A DNA stretch of 64,000 nucleotides. Origin: an uncultured Spirochaetota bacterium. Lineage in GTDB: Bacteria; Spirochaetota; Brevinematia; Brevinematales; JAOACQ01. Below the pieces are notes generated by a model. That model searched no databases and was not told the DNA's origin. It saw nothing but the letters and a program-made list of their open reading frames with translations. Location of the stretch: positions 512,001 through 576,000 of the forward strand of contig CAWAOD010000011.1 in the NCBI GenBank assembly GCA_963783575.1, written 5' to 3'. Position numbers and translations under genes: made by a program. Of the stretch, positions 19,680 to 29,459 are shown piece after piece (position 1 is the first letter of the stretch; every line of letters begins with the position of its first letter).

Positions 19680-21737
19680 ATGTCCGAATCGGAAGTAGAT
19701 TTACAGGATATTTCCAAACTTGATCTTTCAGTCTTGTATGTTGAGGATGATGAGCAGACAAGGAATGGATTATATGAATTTTTATCATTACGAATAAAAA
19801 ATGTGTACGCCGCAAAAGACGGAAAAGAGGGCATTGATTCATATTTAAAAAATCATCCTGATATAATCATAACCGATATACGAATGCCTGTTTTAAATGG
19901 CATAGAAATGGCAAAACAAATAAAAGCTATAAATAAGGATATTCCATTTATTGTTACCACTGCTTATAATGATGTTGAATTTCTTATTGAGTCTATAGAT
20001 GTTGGAATAAGCCAGTTTATCTTAAAACCAATTGTCGGCGCAAAATTAATGCAGGCCGTTCAGAAATGCATGCGGGGATTAACGCTTGAACAGGAAATGG
20101 TTAATATTACAAGTATGCTCAGTCAGTACAAAAGAGCAATCGACGCGAGCGGTATTGTATTAAAATTTAATACCGATTACAATATTAATTATGTGAATGA
20201 AGTATACTGTAGGCTTTCCGGATTTGAACCGGGTGATGTTCTCGGCAGGCAATTCAAATATATAATTTATTCCGGCAATCCGGATGAACAGATTGAAAAA
20301 ATCATTGAAACTATCAGGGCAGAACAAATCTGGAAAGGTATAATAAAATGCAGAAAAAAAGACGGCAGTGCTTTTTATGTAAATGAGACAATCACTCCGA
20401 TATCCGGTATGAGAAATGATCTGATAGAATTTATGACCATTGGATTTGAGATTACGGAACTTGTTCAAAAAAGCGAGGAATTATTTCATCAATTATATAC
20501 CGACACTATGACAGGGCTTCCGAACCGGGCAAAGCTTCTTGAAGATGTTGAAAAGTCAAACCATCCGGTATTAATTCTGATCAATGTGGATAGCTTTCAG
20601 CAGATCAATGATTTTTATGGAAATAGTATCGGGGACTTTATAATTTGTGAAATCGGCAGCAGGCTGCATGCTGTTCTTCCAACATCCGATTACAGATTAT
20701 ACAAAATGACTGCAGATGAATTTGCAATTTTATTGGATAAAGAAGTAACTCCAAAGGACCTGGAGCCATTGATAAAAATATCGCGCGATGAAGTTAATGA
20801 AAAGCCTTTTGTTTATCATGGAACTTCGATACCCATAACGGCGGCAATAGGTATTGCTGTAGGCAAGAAGTTTAATGAAGAGAATTTGGAAGACATAAAA
20901 TGGCATAGTCTGGCTTTAAATGCCGATATGGCCCTGAAGAAAGCAAAAAAATTACAGAAACACTTTATTATATATGATGAATCGATGCAGATAACCAAGG
21001 AATATGAAAATAATATCAAATGGACAACAAAGCTTAAAGAAGCCATTAAAGATAATAGGATTATTCCGTATTTTCAGCCGATACTCAATAATCACACCAA
21101 GAAGATTGAGAAATATGAATGCCTGATCCGTATGATAGATAATGACGGGCAGATAAAACCGCCAAAGCTATTCCTGGATCTGGCGAAAAAATCAAAATTA
21201 TACCATGAATTAACAAAAATTATGATTCAGAAATCCATTGAGGTTTTTAAGGATACGGATTACGAATTTTCAATCAATCTTTCGGTCGATGATATAATTG
21301 ATGAAGAGACTTATTATTTTATAAGGGCCATTTTAAAACTCAATAGAAATGTTTCTCAAAGGCTGGTTTTTGAGATTCTTGAATCTGAAGGAATTGAGAA
21401 TTATGAGGAAGTTAAGACATTTATTGGGGAAGTTAAGAATCTAGACTGCAAGATAGCTGTTGATGATTTCGGATCCGGTTATTCAAATTTTTCACATATA
21501 TTACGTTTAAATGTGGATTATATAAAAATCGATTCCTCGATAATAAAAACCATAAATCAGGATTTGAATACACAGATTGTAACCCAAACAATAGTTGAAT
21601 TTGCAAGAAAACTGGGTATTAAAACAATTGCCGAATTTGTTCATTCCGAAGAGGTTTATCTTAAGCTTCTTGACCTTGGCGTGGATTATTCCCAGGGTTA
21701 TTATTTCGGAGAACCGAAAGACTGCCTAATAATTTGA
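19680..21737 (+). CDS. REC-PAS-GGDEF(degenerate)-EAL protein, probable c-di-GMP phosphodiesterase
   Basis: REC motifs VEDD, TDIRMP and KP; PAS/PAC motif WKG..K.KDG; GGDEF site reads TADEF; EAL domain has ECLIR, EILE, DDFGSGYS, IKID, AEFV and QGYYF. Confidence 0.9.
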   Translation: MSESEVDLQDISKLDLSVLYVEDDEQTRNGLYEFLSLRIKNVYAAKDGKEGIDSYLKNHPDIIITDIRMPVLNGIEMAKQIKAINKDIPFIVTTAYNDVEFLIESIDVGISQFILKPIVGAKLMQAVQKCMRGLTLEQEMVNITSMLSQYKRAIDASGIVLKFNTDYNINYVNEVYCRLSGFEPGDVLGRQFKYIIYSGNPDEQIEKIIETIRAEQIWKGIIKCRKKDGSAFYVNETITPISGMRNDLIEFMTIGFEITELVQKSEELFHQLYTDTMTGLPNRAKLLEDVEKSNHPVLILINVDSFQQINDFYGNSIGDFIICEIGSRLHAVLPTSDYRLYKMTADEFAILLDKEVTPKDLEPLIKISRDEVNEKPFVYHGTSIPITAAIGIAVGKKFNEENLEDIKWHSLALNADMALKKAKKLQKHFIIYDESMQITKEYENNIKWTTKLKEAIKDNRIIPYFQPILNNHTKKIEKYECLIRMIDNDGQIKPPKLFLDLAKKSKLYHELTKIMIQKSIEVFKDTDYEFSINLSVDDIIDEETYYFIRAILKLNRNVSQRLVFEILESEGIENYEEVKTFIGEVKNLDCKIAVDDFGSGYSNFSHILRLNVDYIKIDSSIIKTINQDLNTQIVTQTIVEFARKLGIKTIAEFVHSEEVYLKLLDLGVDYSQGYYFGEPKDCLII

Positions 21738-21815
21738 AAACTTCCATTAAAATGCATTTCTTAACATTTATACCATTCATTCCGACATTATATTAAAAAT
21801 TCAGGATGATCTTAC

Positions 21816-22424
21816 ATGAAATTTATAAACAAAATGAAAAATAAAAAGAAAATATTTTTTTCTTTTCCGGATTTTAAGCTGGAAAGTATAATAAATAAAG
21901 AATTCGGTAATATTTTCAACATTATAAAAAATCACTTGATAATTAATGAAATTGATTATAGTATTTTCGGTTTAAATAAAGATATGAAAGTCTTCAGTGA
22001 TAAAAAAATGATTTTTATTGAAGCCGGGATTAATGAAAAAAATTTAACCGGGCATAATGATATAGATTCTGTTAATGATGATTTAAGCAAAAACATTTCT
22101 AATCTCAGTGAAAAATTAACAGATTTTGACACAAAAAAAGTATATGTTAAAAAAGACGGCCACGGAATATTCTTTTGCTTTAATAATCAAATACCGTCAA
22201 TTCAAAAAGAAAATATTGCAAAACAGGAGATCATTAACTCCTCTTTGAATAATGGCTTATCACATCTAACATTATTATTTACTGATGAAATTGATATTGA
22301 CAATGCTGCAGCAGTTCTCCGATATTTTATAGATTTGTTAAAAGAATCAGGTATTAGTCCGGATTATTTCAGAATAGGAGTTGTTGTAGATAATACGGCA
22401 GCAAGTGTTGAAATTTCGGTATGA
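21816..22424 (+). CDS. Hypothetical protein
   Basis: 202-aa ORF co-oriented downstream of the EAL gene, with no recognisable motif. Confidence 0.55.
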   Translation: MKFINKMKNKKKIFFSFPDFKLESIINKEFGNIFNIIKNHLIINEIDYSIFGLNKDMKVFSDKKMIFIEAGINEKNLTGHNDIDSVNDDLSKNISNLSEKLTDFDTKKVYVKKDGHGIFFCFNNQIPSIQKENIAKQEIINSSLNNGLSHLTLLFTDEIDIDNAAAVLRYFIDLLKESGISPDYFRIGVVVDNTAASVEISV

Positions 22425-22512
22425 GCAGCATGATGCTGCACCCGAATAAATTGTGCCAAATTTTAACAGTTGATCGTTTTTGATCTGTAATATCGATCAA
22501 GAGACATGCTTA

Positions 22513-23760
22513 TTAAACTATCAGGTTTAATCCCTTTATTTGTTTTACGGTAACGGCTTCTTCCTTTTTAATTGAACGTTCGGCTGAAGCATTCCATATC
22601 TCTCCATGTATCTTAATCTGTCCCCTGCCATTTTTAAAATCGTCGATTGCAATACCGGTACTACCGATTAAGTTTTCTCTGCCTGATACTGCTTTTCTAC
22701 GTATGGTTTTCCCAACTATGTATACCAGTCCTCCTACAACAGCAAGTGTTGTTAATGCAACCGTCAATACCGACGATACATGCAGCCTGAGAAAGGGCAG
22801 GGGGGAATCGAAGAGCATTGCGGACCCCACAATCAGGCAAATCATTCCACCGATAGTCATTAAACCGTGTGAGGTTATAAAAATCTCAAGTATAAATAAA
22901 ATAAAAGCAAGTGCTATTAAAAATAATCCGGCATAATTGAATGGAAGCGTCTGCATCGAATACAGCGCAATTATTAAAAATAATGCCCCGAGCGCTCCTG
23001 AAAAGATTGTGCCGGGATGGATGATTTCGTAAAGTATTCCGTAAAACCCGAGTATAAGAATAAAATAAACCAGGTTCGGATTTGCCAGAACACTGAGAAG
23101 ATCTTCAGCCCAGCTTTTTTTTATTTCAATAAACTTATAAGTGTTTTCAGTACCGTAAATCTGTTCAGCAAGATCTGTTTTGTCCCTGGCAATGTAATTA
23201 ATAACATGGTTTGAAAGCGCTTCATCGCTTGTAATTGAAACGCTTTCTTTTACGGATTTGACAGCCCATTCAGTATTCCTGTTCCTGAGCTTAGCTATTG
23301 ATTCTATAAAAGCCACAGTATCGTTTTCTATTTTTTTAGATAGGGTTTTTGTATTTTCATTATCACCCTGTGATCCTCCGATACCTTCCATACTTACCGG
23401 GTGAGCAGCTCCAATGTTGCAGCCGGGAGCCATCGCGGCATATTTTGCAGAAAGGGTAATAAATACTCCAGCAGATCCGGCTCGTGATCCCTTCGGTGAT
23501 ACGTAAACAATGGAGTCAAGTTTTGTGTTTAAAAGCTCCTGTACAATATTCCTTGTGCTTTCCAATAAACCGCCGGGAGTATCAAGAGTAAATAAAACTG
23601 CGTCATATTTTTTTAATTCCGCCGTTTTTAATGTTCTTTTCATGAACCTTTCCGTAACAGGTGTTATCGCTTCTTTTATTTCGACAGCGGCAATGGTCTT
23701 TTCAAGGCCATAAAGACAGTTTGATACAATAAATAACAATACTAAAAATAACTTCTTCAT
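22513..23760 (-). CDS. nfeD: NfeD family membrane-bound serine protease (long form)
   Basis: Signal peptide; LDTPGG, RAGSAG (Ser) and IGAAHPV; TM region; C-terminal OB fold with G.I.IHGEIWNA. Confidence 0.92.
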   Translation of the reverse strand: MKKLFLVLLFIVSNCLYGLEKTIAAVEIKEAITPVTERFMKRTLKTAELKKYDAVLFTLDTPGGLLESTRNIVQELLNTKLDSIVYVSPKGSRAGSAGVFITLSAKYAAMAPGCNIGAAHPVSMEGIGGSQGDNENTKTLSKKIENDTVAFIESIAKLRNRNTEWAVKSVKESVSITSDEALSNHVINYIARDKTDLAEQIYGTENTYKFIEIKKSWAEDLLSVLANPNLVYFILILGFYGILYEIIHPGTIFSGALGALFLIIALYSMQTLPFNYAGLFLIALAFILFILEIFITSHGLMTIGGMICLIVGSAMLFDSPLPFLRLHVSSVLTVALTTLAVVGGLVYIVGKTIRRKAVSGRENLIGSTGIAIDDFKNGRGQIKIHGEIWNASAERSIKKEEAVTVKQIKGLNLIV

Positions 23761-23863
23761 CCTTTTTTGCTCCTTTTTATGAGTATAGGAATCTTAAGAT
23801 TAAGTTAGAAATGTATTTCATTATTATAATATAATATACATAAAAATGTAAGTCAATTAAGAT

Positions 23864-23905
23864 AAAGCATAGAGCTAAAGCTTAAAGCTTATAGCTTAAT
23901 GCTTA
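23864..23905. repeat. Degenerate heptamer tandem repeat (consensus ~AAGCTTA) at the cvpA 3' end
   Basis: AAAGCATAGAGCTAAAGCTTAAAGCTTATAGCTTAATGCTTA. Confidence 0.65.
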
Positions 23906-24394
23906 GGTTTTTAATCCATTGTTTTTTAGTGTGCCGAGAACAAATTGAATGATGTTCTTTGAAAAATCTGAAATTAGGAAAGCATACTTAATATTTTGAT
24001 AATCCGGAATATTTTTTATTATTCCAGTGGAATTTGCCAGTGTGATTAATACACCGGTAATAATTATTAGCTGAAAAAGGCCTAAAACTCCGCCTAATAA
24101 ACTGTCAAGCCATTCAAGTTCAAGAAATTCCATCATATCGATAAAAAGGTAGGATAATTTTCTAATTATAAAATATATAATTGTAAAAATAATTATGAAT
24201 AGTATGATATATCCTACCTGGGAATTTTTTTGCGATACTATGTGGGGAAGAATTAACGGTACAATCTTGCCGGCGCCGAAAATCCCGGCTATTATCGCCA
24301 TCAGGCTGAAGATCATATAAATAAAGCCTTTTGAAAAACCCCAGACAAAACCGATTATTATTAACACAATAACAATAATATCAATTATATTCAT
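23903..24394 (-). CDS. cvpA: CvpA family membrane protein
   Basis: MNIIDIIVIVL...G..KGFI, four TM helices, WLDSLLGGVLG. Confidence 0.85.
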   Translation of the reverse strand: MNIIDIIVIVLIIIGFVWGFSKGFIYMIFSLMAIIAGIFGAGKIVPLILPHIVSQKNSQVGYIILFIIIFTIIYFIIRKLSYLFIDMMEFLELEWLDSLLGGVLGLFQLIIITGVLITLANSTGIIKNIPDYQNIKYAFLISDFSKNIIQFVLGTLKNNGLKT

Positions 24395-24545
24395 ATATTT
24401 TCCTTTTTTCTATTAATAAAATATCGGAAGTTAAGGATTTATATTGATAAAATAATCAAATCAATTTTGAATTGCTAATGGAGATGTGCCTTAAGTTTAC
24501 AGTTTAAAAAGGTCCTGGAATTATGATTTTTTTTAAACAGAAACT

Positions 24546-25799
24546 TCAGCAGTTAGTAGGGTATTTATTTTTGAGATACCACAATACGGTTTTCAAAATA
24601 CCGCTTTCAAAGTTTTCCTCAGCCTTCCAGCCGAGTTCCTTTTCAATTTTAGATGCGTCAATAGCATATCGTCTGTCATGGCCGGCTCTGTCCTCTACAA
24701 ATGAAATCAATTCTTTATACGATTTTTTATCAGTTCTTGGCTTCTGCACGTCAAGTATGCCGCATATTTTATCGGTGATGTAAAGGTTATCTCTCTCATT
24801 CCTGCCTCCGATATTGTAGGTTTCACCGCTTCTTCCTTTATGAAACGCTATGTCAATCCCCTTACAATGGTCTAAAACATAAAGCCAATCCCTTATATTC
24901 TTTCCATCTCCGTATATAGGGATTTTTTCGAGTGATAAGGCTTTTCGGATAATAGTCGGAATTAATTTTTCATTATGCTGTTTCGGTCCATAGTTGTTGG
25001 AACAATTAGTTGTAATTGTATTTAAGCCGTAAGTATGATAAAAAGCTCTGACAATAAAATCGCTTGAAGCCTTGGATGCGCTGTAAGGAGAATTTGGGGA
25101 ATAAGCGGTTTTTTCTGTGAATAAACCGGTTTCGCCGAGGCTTCCATAAACCTCATCGGTCGAAATATGATGAAACCGGTATTCCGAATTATCGTTTTTA
25201 ACAAGCGTGACCAGTCTGCCCCTACCTGCCGGAGATCCCGGCGTAGGCAGGCCAGGCAGGCTGCTTGACCCGGGTGTAGATTCCTTACGCGACAAAGTTG
25301 CGTATAACTCTGCCGCGTTTCTACTAGAAGATGCTCCCAGTTGCGATGCACTGAGTTTATCGAAGTGTTCTGACTTTAATACCTCAAGGCTCTGCCTTGT
25401 GGATTCTTTATTATCCGGCGGTTTGACTCTCCATGCATTCCTTGCCGCATTACATAAGTTAAAGGTTCCGTTTATATTTGTTTTGATGAAAACATCGGGA
25501 TCGGCAATGGAATTATCAACATGAGATTCTGCGGCAAAATGAATTACTCCCCGAATATCGTATTCTTTAAAAATAGAATTGATTAATTTCCTGTCACAAA
25601 TATCACCTTTCAGAAAGTAGTATCTGGGATTACCTTCAACATCTTTCAAATTTCCCGGATCGCCTGCATATGTCAGTTTGTCAATATTTAAAATAAAATA
25701 GCTCTTGTATTTATTTATGAAATAAGGAATAAAATTTGATGCGATGAAACCGGCTCCTCCGGTTATTAATATTGTTTTTAAGGATTTATCCCTCAACAT
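24546..25799 (-). CDS. rfbB: dTDP-glucose 4,6-dehydratase carrying a 74-aa in-frame repeat-derived insertion
   Basis: TGGAGFIA, HFAAESHVD, HISTDEVYG, YSASK, NNYGP and DRAGHDRRY. The insertion lies between AARNAWRVKPP and DNSEYRFHH. Confidence 0.95.
   Translation of the reverse strand: MLRDKSLKTILITGGAGFIASNFIPYFINKYKSYFILNIDKLTYAGDPGNLKDVEGNPRYYFLKGDICDRKLINSIFKEYDIRGVIHFAAESHVDNSIADPDVFIKTNINGTFNLCNAARNAWRVKPPDNKESTRQSLEVLKSEHFDKLSASQLGASSSRNAAELYATLSRKESTPGSSSLPGLPTPGSPAGRGRLVTLVKNDNSEYRFHHISTDEVYGSLGETGLFTEKTAYSPNSPYSASKASSDFIVRAFYHTYGLNTITTNCSNNYGPKQHNEKLIPTIIRKALSLEKIPIYGDGKNIRDWLYVLDHCKGIDIAFHKGRSGETYNIGGRNERDNLYITDKICGILDVQKPRTDKKSYKELISFVEDRAGHDRRYAIDASKIEKELGWKAEENFESGILKTVLWYLKNKYPTNC
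25194..25415 (+). mobile_element. Composite palindromic repeat (MITE-like), copy 3, inserted in frame in rfbB
   Basis: Shares its left arm with copies 1 and 2, and its central GATTCCTTACGC.ACAAAGTTGCGTATA and right ATAC..C.AGGCTCTG.C...GGAT segments with copy 4. ATTATC direct repeats at 25188-25193 and 25410-25415 are 222 bp apart. Confidence 0.85.
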
Positions 25800-25825
25800 A
25801 TAATTACTCCGGATATTTCGAATTT

Positions 25826-26689
25826 CTATTTTAATTTCATTTTTTCAATACATTCTTTCAATGAATCCCGCCAATACGGTATTTCAATCCCAAGATCTAA
25901 TTTAATCTTTGCCTTGTTTAAAACGCTGTATCCGGGCCTTTTTGCCGGGGTGGGGTAATCTTTTGTTTCAATCGGGATGATGCCGCATTTTATTTCCGAA
26001 AACTCGCAAATTGCCTTGGCAAAATCATACCAGCTTGCCACGCCTTCGTTTGAATAATGATAAATTCCGCCATTTATATTTATCAATTGATCAATATTTC
26101 CCAGGATTGTCTTTGCCAAATCCCTTGCATATGTCGGTGTACCGATTTGATCAAAAATCATTGTGAGTTTATTTCTTTCTTTTGCCAGCCTAATAATATT
26201 CCTGACAAAATTACCGCCGTATTGAGAATAAAGCCAGGATGTTCTTATAATTACAGTTCCGGGACAAAATTTATTAGCTTCCCTTTCGCCTTCCAGTTTG
26301 GTTTTTCCATAAATTGACAGGGGGTTTGGAATATCGGTTTCAGCATAAGGCAAAGATTTTGTACCGTCAAATACAAAATCAGTCGATAAATGGATTAATT
26401 TGGCACCGGCTTTTTTTGAAATAACAGCAAGGTTTCTTACAGCCTCGGTATTTATCAATTCCGCGGTCTTTTCATCGCTTTCGGCTTTGTCTACCGCAGT
26501 ATAAGCGGCACAATTAATAATGAAATCAAAATTTTCAGCATTAAAAAACTCTTCCAGAGCTTCGGGGTTTGTGATGTCCAGTTCGCCGATATCGGTAAAA
26601 ATAAAATTCCATGATTGATAGTTTTTTGATAATTCTTTAATTTCAGAGCCAAGCTGGCCGTTTGATCCTGTTATTAAAATTTTCATCAT
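25826..26689 (-). CDS. rfbD: dTDP-4-dehydrorhamnose reductase
   Basis: TGSNGQLG, NCAAYTAVD, STDFVFDG, YGKTK and PTPAKRP. Confidence 0.96.
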   Translation of the reverse strand: MMKILITGSNGQLGSEIKELSKNYQSWNFIFTDIGELDITNPEALEEFFNAENFDFIINCAAYTAVDKAESDEKTAELINTEAVRNLAVISKKAGAKLIHLSTDFVFDGTKSLPYAETDIPNPLSIYGKTKLEGEREANKFCPGTVIIRTSWLYSQYGGNFVRNIIRLAKERNKLTMIFDQIGTPTYARDLAKTILGNIDQLININGGIYHYSNEGVASWYDFAKAICEFSEIKCGIIPIETKDYPTPAKRPGYSVLNKAKIKLDLGIEIPYWRDSLKECIEKMKLK

Positions 26690-27249
26690 ATATTTCCATA
26701 AACTAAATTATTTTCAACTTTGTCCAATGATGGGTTAGCCTTGTCTTTATCAGAAATTATTATGTCGTTTAAAGGGATCTGCCAGTCAATTGCAAGAATT
26801 TTATCATTGTATGCGATCCCTCTTTCCATATCAGGTTTATAAAAGTTATCGCATTTATAAAGCAGTTCAACTGTTTCGCTTAATACGGCAAAACCATGGG
26901 CGAATCCTCTGGGAATAAATAATTGTCTTTTGTTTTCAGAGGATAGTTCGACGCTGACCCATTTCCCACAAGTCGGTGAGCCTGTCCTGATATCTACTGC
27001 AACATCGAGGGCTTTTCCAAAAAGAACCCTGACCAGTTTTGCCTGAGTATAAGGATAAAGCTGATAATGCAAACCTCTTAAAACACCGTAAGTTGACCTG
27101 GATTGATTATCCTGGACAAAATCTGATGTGATACCTTCTTTATTAAATAAATTCCTGTTATAACTTTCATAAAAATAGCCTCTGTTATCAATAAAAACTT
27201 TCGGCTCAATGATAATAACCTCTGGAATTCCAGTCTTAATGAATGGCAT
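26686..27249 (-). CDS. rfbC: dTDP-4-dehydrorhamnose 3,5-epimerase
   Basis: DNRGYF, VQDNQS, GVLRGLHYQ and GFAHGF. Confidence 0.96.
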   Translation of the reverse strand: MPFIKTGIPEVIIIEPKVFIDNRGYFYESYNRNLFNKEGITSDFVQDNQSRSTYGVLRGLHYQLYPYTQAKLVRVLFGKALDVAVDIRTGSPTCGKWVSVELSSENKRQLFIPRGFAHGFAVLSETVELLYKCDNFYKPDMERGIAYNDKILAIDWQIPLNDIIISDKDKANPSLDKVENNLVYGNI

Positions 27250-27262
27250 AATATTCTCTCCA

Positions 27263-28132
27263 TTATTGATTGGCTATGCTTAATAAATATTGTCCGTATT
27301 GATTTTTTAAATAAGGCCTGGCTAAATTCAAAAGCTGTTCTTTTGTTATATATTTTTTTGTATAGGCAATTTCCTCGATACAGGCTATCTTTAATCCCTG
27401 TCTGTGTTCAATTGTCTCGACAAAATTGCTTGCTTCCAGCAGGCTTTCATGTGTTCCTGTATCAAGCCATGCCATTCCGCGTCCTAATAGCCCGACTTTA
27501 AGCTTTCCCATTTTCAGGTATTCTTTATTAACATCGGTAATTTCCAATTCTCCTCTTTGCGACGGTTTTATGTATTTGGCTATATCGATAACTTTATTAT
27601 CATAAAAGTAAAGGCCGGGTACTGCATAATTTGATTTTGCCTTAACGGGTTTTTCTTCAATACTTATAACATTGCAGTCTTGATCAAATTCAACCACTCC
27701 ATATCTTTCAGGATCATTTACATAATATCCGAAAATCACAGCTCCGTCCTTTGTCTTGTTTGCTTTTATCAGCATCTCAGTGAAACCGTAGCCGTAAAAA
27801 ATATTATCACCTAAAATTAAGCAAACCTCATTTCTGCCAATAAAGTTTTCACCAATGATAAAAGCCTGAGCAATTCCATTCGGTTCAGGCTGAACAGCAT
27901 ATTCGATATTCAATCCTAGTTTACTTCCGTCACTTAATAAGTTTTTAAATAGCGGCAAATCTTTATCTGTGGATATGATCAAAATTTCTCTTATTCCGGC
28001 AAGCATTAAGGTTGATAGGGGATAATATATCAACGGTTTATCAAATACAGGTAAAATCTGCTTTGATAATGATACGGTTAACGGATATAGCCTTGTTCCG
28101 CTACCGCCCGCAAGTATTATCCCTTTCCTCAT
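27263..28132 (-). CDS. rfbA: Glucose-1-phosphate thymidylyltransferase
   Basis: [32 protein letters not shown] and WLDTGT. Confidence 0.97.
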   Translation of the reverse strand: MRKGIILAGGSGTRLYPLTVSLSKQILPVFDKPLIYYPLSTLMLAGIREILIISTDKDLPLFKNLLSDGSKLGLNIEYAVQPEPNGIAQAFIIGENFIGRNEVCLILGDNIFYGYGFTEMLIKANKTKDGAVIFGYYVNDPERYGVVEFDQDCNVISIEEKPVKAKSNYAVPGLYFYDNKVIDIAKYIKPSQRGELEITDVNKEYLKMGKLKVGLLGRGMAWLDTGTHESLLEASNFVETIEHRQGLKIACIEEIAYTKKYITKEQLLNLARPYLKNQYGQYLLSIANQ

Positions 28133-28397
28133 AATCCTGCCCCCTTCTCAAATGTTAATTATTTAAATATAATATTATATCAAGAATGATTTCGTTCAAC
28201 ATTAAAAACTTCTATATAATTAAAACGTTTGACAGTAATACTATTAATAAACCTGACAATTTAAGGAAATATTGATAAAGGAATGTTTGAAATTGATCAA
28301 ATAAATTATGTCACTGAAATTTTTTTAAGAATTATTATAATACTATGGATGTTAATAGTCAAAAAATGCAAATGATATTCATATTTACATTATGTTA

Positions 28398-28892
28398 TTA
28401 AAGTTTTGATTGATGAATCATGTAAATAATTTTTTCCATAGCGGTCTCATCGCATTGCATAATCTTTGGACAGCCCAGGCAATCCCTCCATATTTTTTGA
28501 GGAAATTTAGATTTTTCAACTTTAATATATCCAAGCTTTCCGAAAAATTTCTCGCTTATAGTTAGTGCAAATACAGATTTGATGCCTTCTTCTTTTATAA
28601 TTTCCTCGGCTTTTTCAACAAGCATTTTACCTGTTCCTCTACCTCTCAAATTATCGCTGACGGCAAGTGAGCGAATTTCTGCAAGTTCGGATGAAAAAAA
28701 GGAAAAAGCGCAGCATCCTATAATCTTACCGTCAAATTCCGCAACAACAAAATTACGTATTGATTCGATAATTGATTCAACGGATTTCGACAGCATTAAT
28801 CCCTGTTCCGAGTATGTATTTATAAGTCGGGAAATTTCTAACGCATCCGATAACTTTGCGTTTCGAATACATATTTCATTCTGCACTATCAA
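28398..28892 (-). CDS. GNAT N-acetyltransferase, short ArgA-like (amino-acid N-acetyltransferase)
   Basis: AEIRSLAV, acetyl-CoA motif RGRGTG, FALT, and KIWRDCLGCPK...CDE. Confidence 0.82.
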   Translation of the reverse strand: MIVQNEICIRNAKLSDALEISRLINTYSEQGLMLSKSVESIIESIRNFVVAEFDGKIIGCCAFSFFSSELAEIRSLAVSDNLRGRGTGKMLVEKAEEIIKEEGIKSVFALTISEKFFGKLGYIKVEKSKFPQKIWRDCLGCPKIMQCDETAMEKIIYMIHQSKL

Positions 28893-29199
28893 TTATTCCT
28901 TTGATTTTATTTTTTGAAACCGGCCCAATAACTTTCTCTGCTGGCAGGCCGTCTTTAAAAAGAATTAATGTTGGAATACTGTTTACATTATATTGTGATG
29001 CTATACCTGAGCTTTTGTCGACATCAACTTTACCGAATTTTATTTTACCCTGATATTCATCCGCAAGACTTTCAACAATTGGAGTAATCATTCTGCAAGG
29101 TGCACACCATTCTGCCCAGAAATCAACTAAAACCGGCTTATCGGATTTTACCACTTCAGATTCAAAATTGGTTTCCGAAAGATATAAAACTGCTGACAT
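28876..29199 (-). CDS. trxA: Thioredoxin
   Basis: VDFWAEWCAPC and SIPTL. Start placed at ATG 29199 (MSAVL) behind an AGGAG RBS. Confidence 0.94.
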   Translation of the reverse strand: MSAVLYLSETNFESEVVKSDKPVLVDFWAEWCAPCRMITPIVESLADEYQGKIKFGKVDVDKSSGIASQYNVNSIPTLILFKDGLPAEKVIGPVSKNKIKGIIDSAE

Positions 29200-29459
29200 A
29201 CTATTACTCCTTAATTTTAAATAAGTTATATTAAAACAACTCATAATTCTAAATTAGAACTTACCATATATTATAATCAATATTAAGCATAAACTCCAGA
29301 TAAATTTAAGTTAATAATAATTTTGTGCAATAATTAAATCTCATTTACTTGACCTTTTGATAGATTATGCTAACCTATTATAGATAAATTTTTACCCTAA
29401 GTAAGGGGAGATTATTAGAATATATTAAAGAATTTTGCTTTAAGGCTTAGGAGACTGTC

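Noticed and set aside
23864..23905. Heptamer repeat as a functional element
   Set aside because: Short and degenerate with no associated gene; listed as a feature only
25194..25415. rfbB insertion as an intein or self-splicing intron
   Set aside because: No Cys/Ser start with a His-Asn end, too short, and the DNA matches intergenic repeats
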